Source of the DNA: Antechinus flavipes
Taxonomy: Eukaryota
Assembly (NCBI RefSeq): GCF_016432865.1
Contig: NC_067401.1
Coordinates: 131,688,001 to 131,752,000 of the forward strand
Length of the DNA: 64,000 nt
Direction of reading: 5' to 3'
The notes under the pieces were generated by a model. The model saw only the letters and a program-made list of their open reading frames with translations. It was not told the DNA's origin and did not search any database. A program made the translations under genes and the position numbers. Positions 60,823 through 64,000 of the stretch are shown here, in pieces. The first letter of the stretch is position 1; the number at the start of each line of letters is the position of its first letter.

Positions 60823-63299
60823 GTATGCGTCTTCCTTCCCATTTCCCCCCATTCCTTGTTTGTGCTCTCTCTCAAAACATCTCTAACTTCTAGAATCGCT
60901 AGTTCTTCTCAATTTCTTGGCCTCCAGCTCCTACCTGTCTTTCCTCAGTATTTTTCTATTTCTATTCTCTCTTTTGAGTGTTATGCCAGTCCCTAATCCT
61001 CTGTCCCGAGCATCCCCTCACCTTCTCTCTTTTCCCCTCTGCTTTTTCCCATTTATAATGCTTCACTATCCCTGCATGCTTCTCACCTCCCCGTGAAGAG
61101 TTAATTCAATTCAATAAACATTTATCAAGTGCCTACTATAGGCCATTCATGAGGACTCATTCCTCCAGCATCCCTCAATCCCCTTTTCTCTTTCTTTAAT
61201 ATCTCCCTGGTTCCCATTTCTCTCTTGTATTGATCCCATTACTCTTGCTTTTGTTCTCTCCCAACCTTTGCCTCTCTTCTCCCGTGTGCCCTCATCTTTC
61301 TTTTCTTCTCACCTGGACTATTACAGCAGTCTCTTAACTAGTCTCTCTTTACTTCAAAGATCTCCCCTTTTTAGTGATCTATAAAGAACCCCAAAAGAAC
61401 CAAAATGATATATCTGATTCTGTCATCTTTCTTGTTTAAAAAGCTCCAGTGGTTCCCTATGGTCTCTGAGATAAAATGTCACCTCTTTTGCTTGGTATTT
61501 AAAATCCTTTCCAATCCACCTATCTTTCCAGGCTTATTACATTTTACTTCCCTTTTTGGTTCAGCAGTCTTTTTTTTTTTTTTAAATAACTTTTTATTGA
61601 CAGAACCCATGCCAGGGTAATTTTTTACAGCATTATCCCTTGCACTCACTTCTGATCCCATTTTTCCCCTCCCTCCCTCCACCCCTTCCCCCAGATGGCA
61701 AGCAGTCCTATACATGTTGAATAGGTTACAGTATATCCTAGATACAATATATATGTGCAGAACCAAACAGTTTTCTTGTTGCACAGGGAGAATTGGATTC
61801 AGAAGGTAAAAAATAACCCGGGAAGAAAAACAAAAATGCAAGCAATTTATATTCATTTCCCAGTGTTCTTTCTTTGGGTGTAGCTGCTTCTGTCCATCCT
61901 TGATCAATTGAAACTGAGTTAGCTCTCTTTATCGAAGAGATCCACTTCCATCAGAATACATCCTCATACAGTATCGTTGTTGAGGGGTTCAGCAGTCTTT
62001 TAGCTGGTCTCCCTACTTCAAGGATCTCCCCTTTTTAGTGGTCTATCCTCTCCCCCAAAAAACAAAGTGATATTTCTAAAGTTACTTCTCTGATCCAGTC
62101 ATCTCTCTTGCTTAAAAAGCTCCAATGATTCCCTATGGCCTCTAAGATAGAATGTCATCTCTTTTGTTTGGTATTTAAAATCCTTCTAATCTGGCTTTCA
62201 CCCACCTTTCCAGGCTTATTACATTTTATTTCCCTTTTTGGTTCAGCCAAAATGACCTACTTGTTATTCCTAGTATAAACACATTCCATCTTCCTTCACT
62301 ATGCTTTTTGCCCAGCTTGACCTCTCTACCTGAAATTCACTTCCTTTTCACCTCCAATTTCTAGAATCACTAGGTCTATTCAGAGCTCAGATCGAGTTCT
62401 ATATCCCATAAGGGACCTTTTCTTATCTTTATATGTGTACCTCTTGTTTCCCTTTGATAGAATGTAAGCTTTTGAGGGCAGGGACAATTCTAGTTTTGTC
62501 TTTCTGTTTCCAGGACTTAACATAATACCTGATACATAGCAGATGCTTATTAAATGTGTATGAATTGATTGACTTTTTCCCCTATCTACTTCTTCTCCCT
62601 CAGTTCCTTCCAGCCCCTGTCTTTGGCCATTAGTGCATCTTCTCTCCATTCTGACCCTTTCACCATCTCCCCCCGCCACCAATATCTCCTGTCTCCATCT
62701 CCTGAGTCTAGAAGGTCTGTGATGAGATTTGTGTTGTTTTGAGATTACAAGATCCTCTCCTTCCTGATTTGTCCCCAAGAATTTGAGTGATCCCTCTATT
62801 CTGATCCTTTGTCCCCCCTTTCTATCTAGTCTAACCAGCTAGAGAAAGCAGTAGCTGCTGCCTACACCTTCTTGCAAAGGAATCCCAAGCATGAGATGAC
62901 CACCAAGTACCTTAACTACTACAGGGGACTCCTGGATGTGGATGAGTACCTCACAGACCTGGAGGCCCACCCCTATGAGGTGGGAATGTTGGGAGGGGAG
63001 AAATATAGAAAGTGGGTGAATTTGGTGGAGAAAAAGGAATGATTGGGAAGTAGTTTTGGAGTGGAGTCTCCCATACTGTTCAAAGATTTGTCAGAAGGTT
63101 TGATTCCCACAATATCTCCTCTCCCAGGCAGTGTTTGTCCAGGCTGTGAAGCTCTACAATAGTGGTGATTTCCGTAGCAGTGTTGGGGATATGGAACGAG
63201 CTCTTGCTGAATATCTCACTGTCTTTGCCAATTGCCTGGCTGGTTGTGAGGGGGCCCATGAGCTCTCAGATTTCAAAGACTTCTATCCAGCAATTGCAG
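60352..63299 (+). CDS. P3H4: Prolyl 3-hydroxylase family member 4 (SC65/LEPREL4), 3'-incomplete; join(60352..60822,62830..62979,63128..63299,...)
   Basis: Signal peptide then [18 protein letters not shown], CxxxC motifs (FCHANC, CLRRC, CLAGC) and [12 protein letters not shown]; GT-AG junctions in frame; continues beyond the window. Confidence 0.95.
61324..62247 (+). repeat. Old ~245-bp tandem duplication of an L2-like fragment (copies 61324-61565 and 61990-62247)
   Basis: Both copies run CAGCAGTC...GATCTCCCC...AAAAAGCTCCA...GGTATTTAAAATCC...TTTCCAGGCTTATTACATTTTA...TTTTTGGTTCAGC. Confidence 0.85.
61574..61985 (-). mobile_element. 5'-truncated LINE-1 with perfect 16-bp TSD
   Basis: TSD GGTTCAGCAGTCTTTT at 61558-61573 and 61986-62001; same subfamily as 6341-6784. 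Confidence 0.92.
62830..62979 (+). CDS. P3H4: P3H4 exon 2 (absent from the ORF track)
   Basis: [50 protein letters not shown]. Confidence 0.94.
63128..63299 (+). CDS. P3H4: P3H4 exon 3
   Basis: [18 protein letters not shown]...KDFYPAIA; G|GTACC. Confidence 0.93.
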
Positions 63300-63734
63300 G
63301 TACCTTGCTACTGTCTCTTATTATCATTTTGCACTTCTTCAGGTTTCTCCCACTGAGTCACCCATGAACTCAAATATCCCCAATGGATCCCTTAAACACT
63401 GTCCCATCGTAGACCTGCTAAAAACCACATCTCCACTAGAGATTCTCCTCCCTAACCTAGACTTCTTGATTTCAATTCAGTAAACACTCAATAACTACCT
63501 ACTGTATGTAAGGCATCTTGCTAGGTACTAGGGATGAAAAGACCAAAAGGAAAAAAAAAGACACAATATCTTCCTTGAGAAGTTTATAATCTACTGGGGA
63601 AAAGAACAGAACATATATAAAAGTAAGAAAATGAAAAGTATCATTCAATGGCCCTATAACCTCGTCAATATTAGTACTCCTACAATAGGGGATTCTTAAC
63701 CTGGGGGTTGTGAACTAGTGTTTTTTAAAAAAAT

Positions 63735-64000
63735 TAATATTTTATTTTCCCCCAGTTACATATAAAAACATTTTTAATCTTTGTATTTTTTACAATTTGA
63801 GTTGTAATTTTTCTTCCATCCTCCCTCCTTTCCCTTATCATTGAGAAGGTAAACAATTGATAAAGATTATAGATAAGCAGTCCTATAAAACAATTTTCAT
63901 ATTAGTCATGTTATAAAAGAAAACACACACACAACAAAAACAACAAGAAATACAAAGAATGTAAAAAAAAAAAACAAAACCCAGTATGCTTTGAACTACA
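63735..64000 (-). mobile_element. LINE-1 3' end, antisense to P3H4, truncated by the window edge
   Basis: TTTTATTTTCCCCCAGTTACATATAAAAAC...TTAGTCATGTT motifs shared with the ~33430-33830 copy. Confidence 0.7.

Overview
Mammalian genomic DNA, most likely a marsupial. The L1 3' ends and MAR1/WSINE-type SINEs look dasyurid (e.g. Tasmanian devil), but the species is inferred, not proven. The window holds five spliced genes in strictly alternating orientation, matching the order I recall for human 17q21.2. They are KLHL11 (+, 2 exons, 707 aa), KLHL10 (-, 5 exons, stop codon hidden in an N-gap), NT5C3B (+, 9 exons, 304 aa), FKBP10 (-, 10 exons, 579 aa, ends HEEL) and P3H4 (+, first 3 exons, continues past the window). 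All splice junctions were read by hand as GT-AG and keep frame. The first ~3.8 kb is a decayed ERV-like internal segment with a polypurine tract and an LTR. Introns carry many L1 3' fragments (several with intact target-site duplications), SINEs, DNA-transposon MITEs and a ~490-bp purine tract, and there are two N-gaps. I found no new multi-gene system. The most unusual observations are: (1) a circularly permuted ~0.55-kb copy of the FKBP10 exon-2 neighbourhood inside intron 4, which keeps a near-perfect splice acceptor followed by a stop and ATTAAA (candidate truncating terminal exon); (2) a ~200-bp tandem duplication that multiplies NRF1-like motifs in the KLHL11 promoter; (3) interleaved opposite-strand poly(A) signals where KLHL11 and KLHL10 converge; (4) a G-quadruplex-type minisatellite in NT5C3B intron 1.
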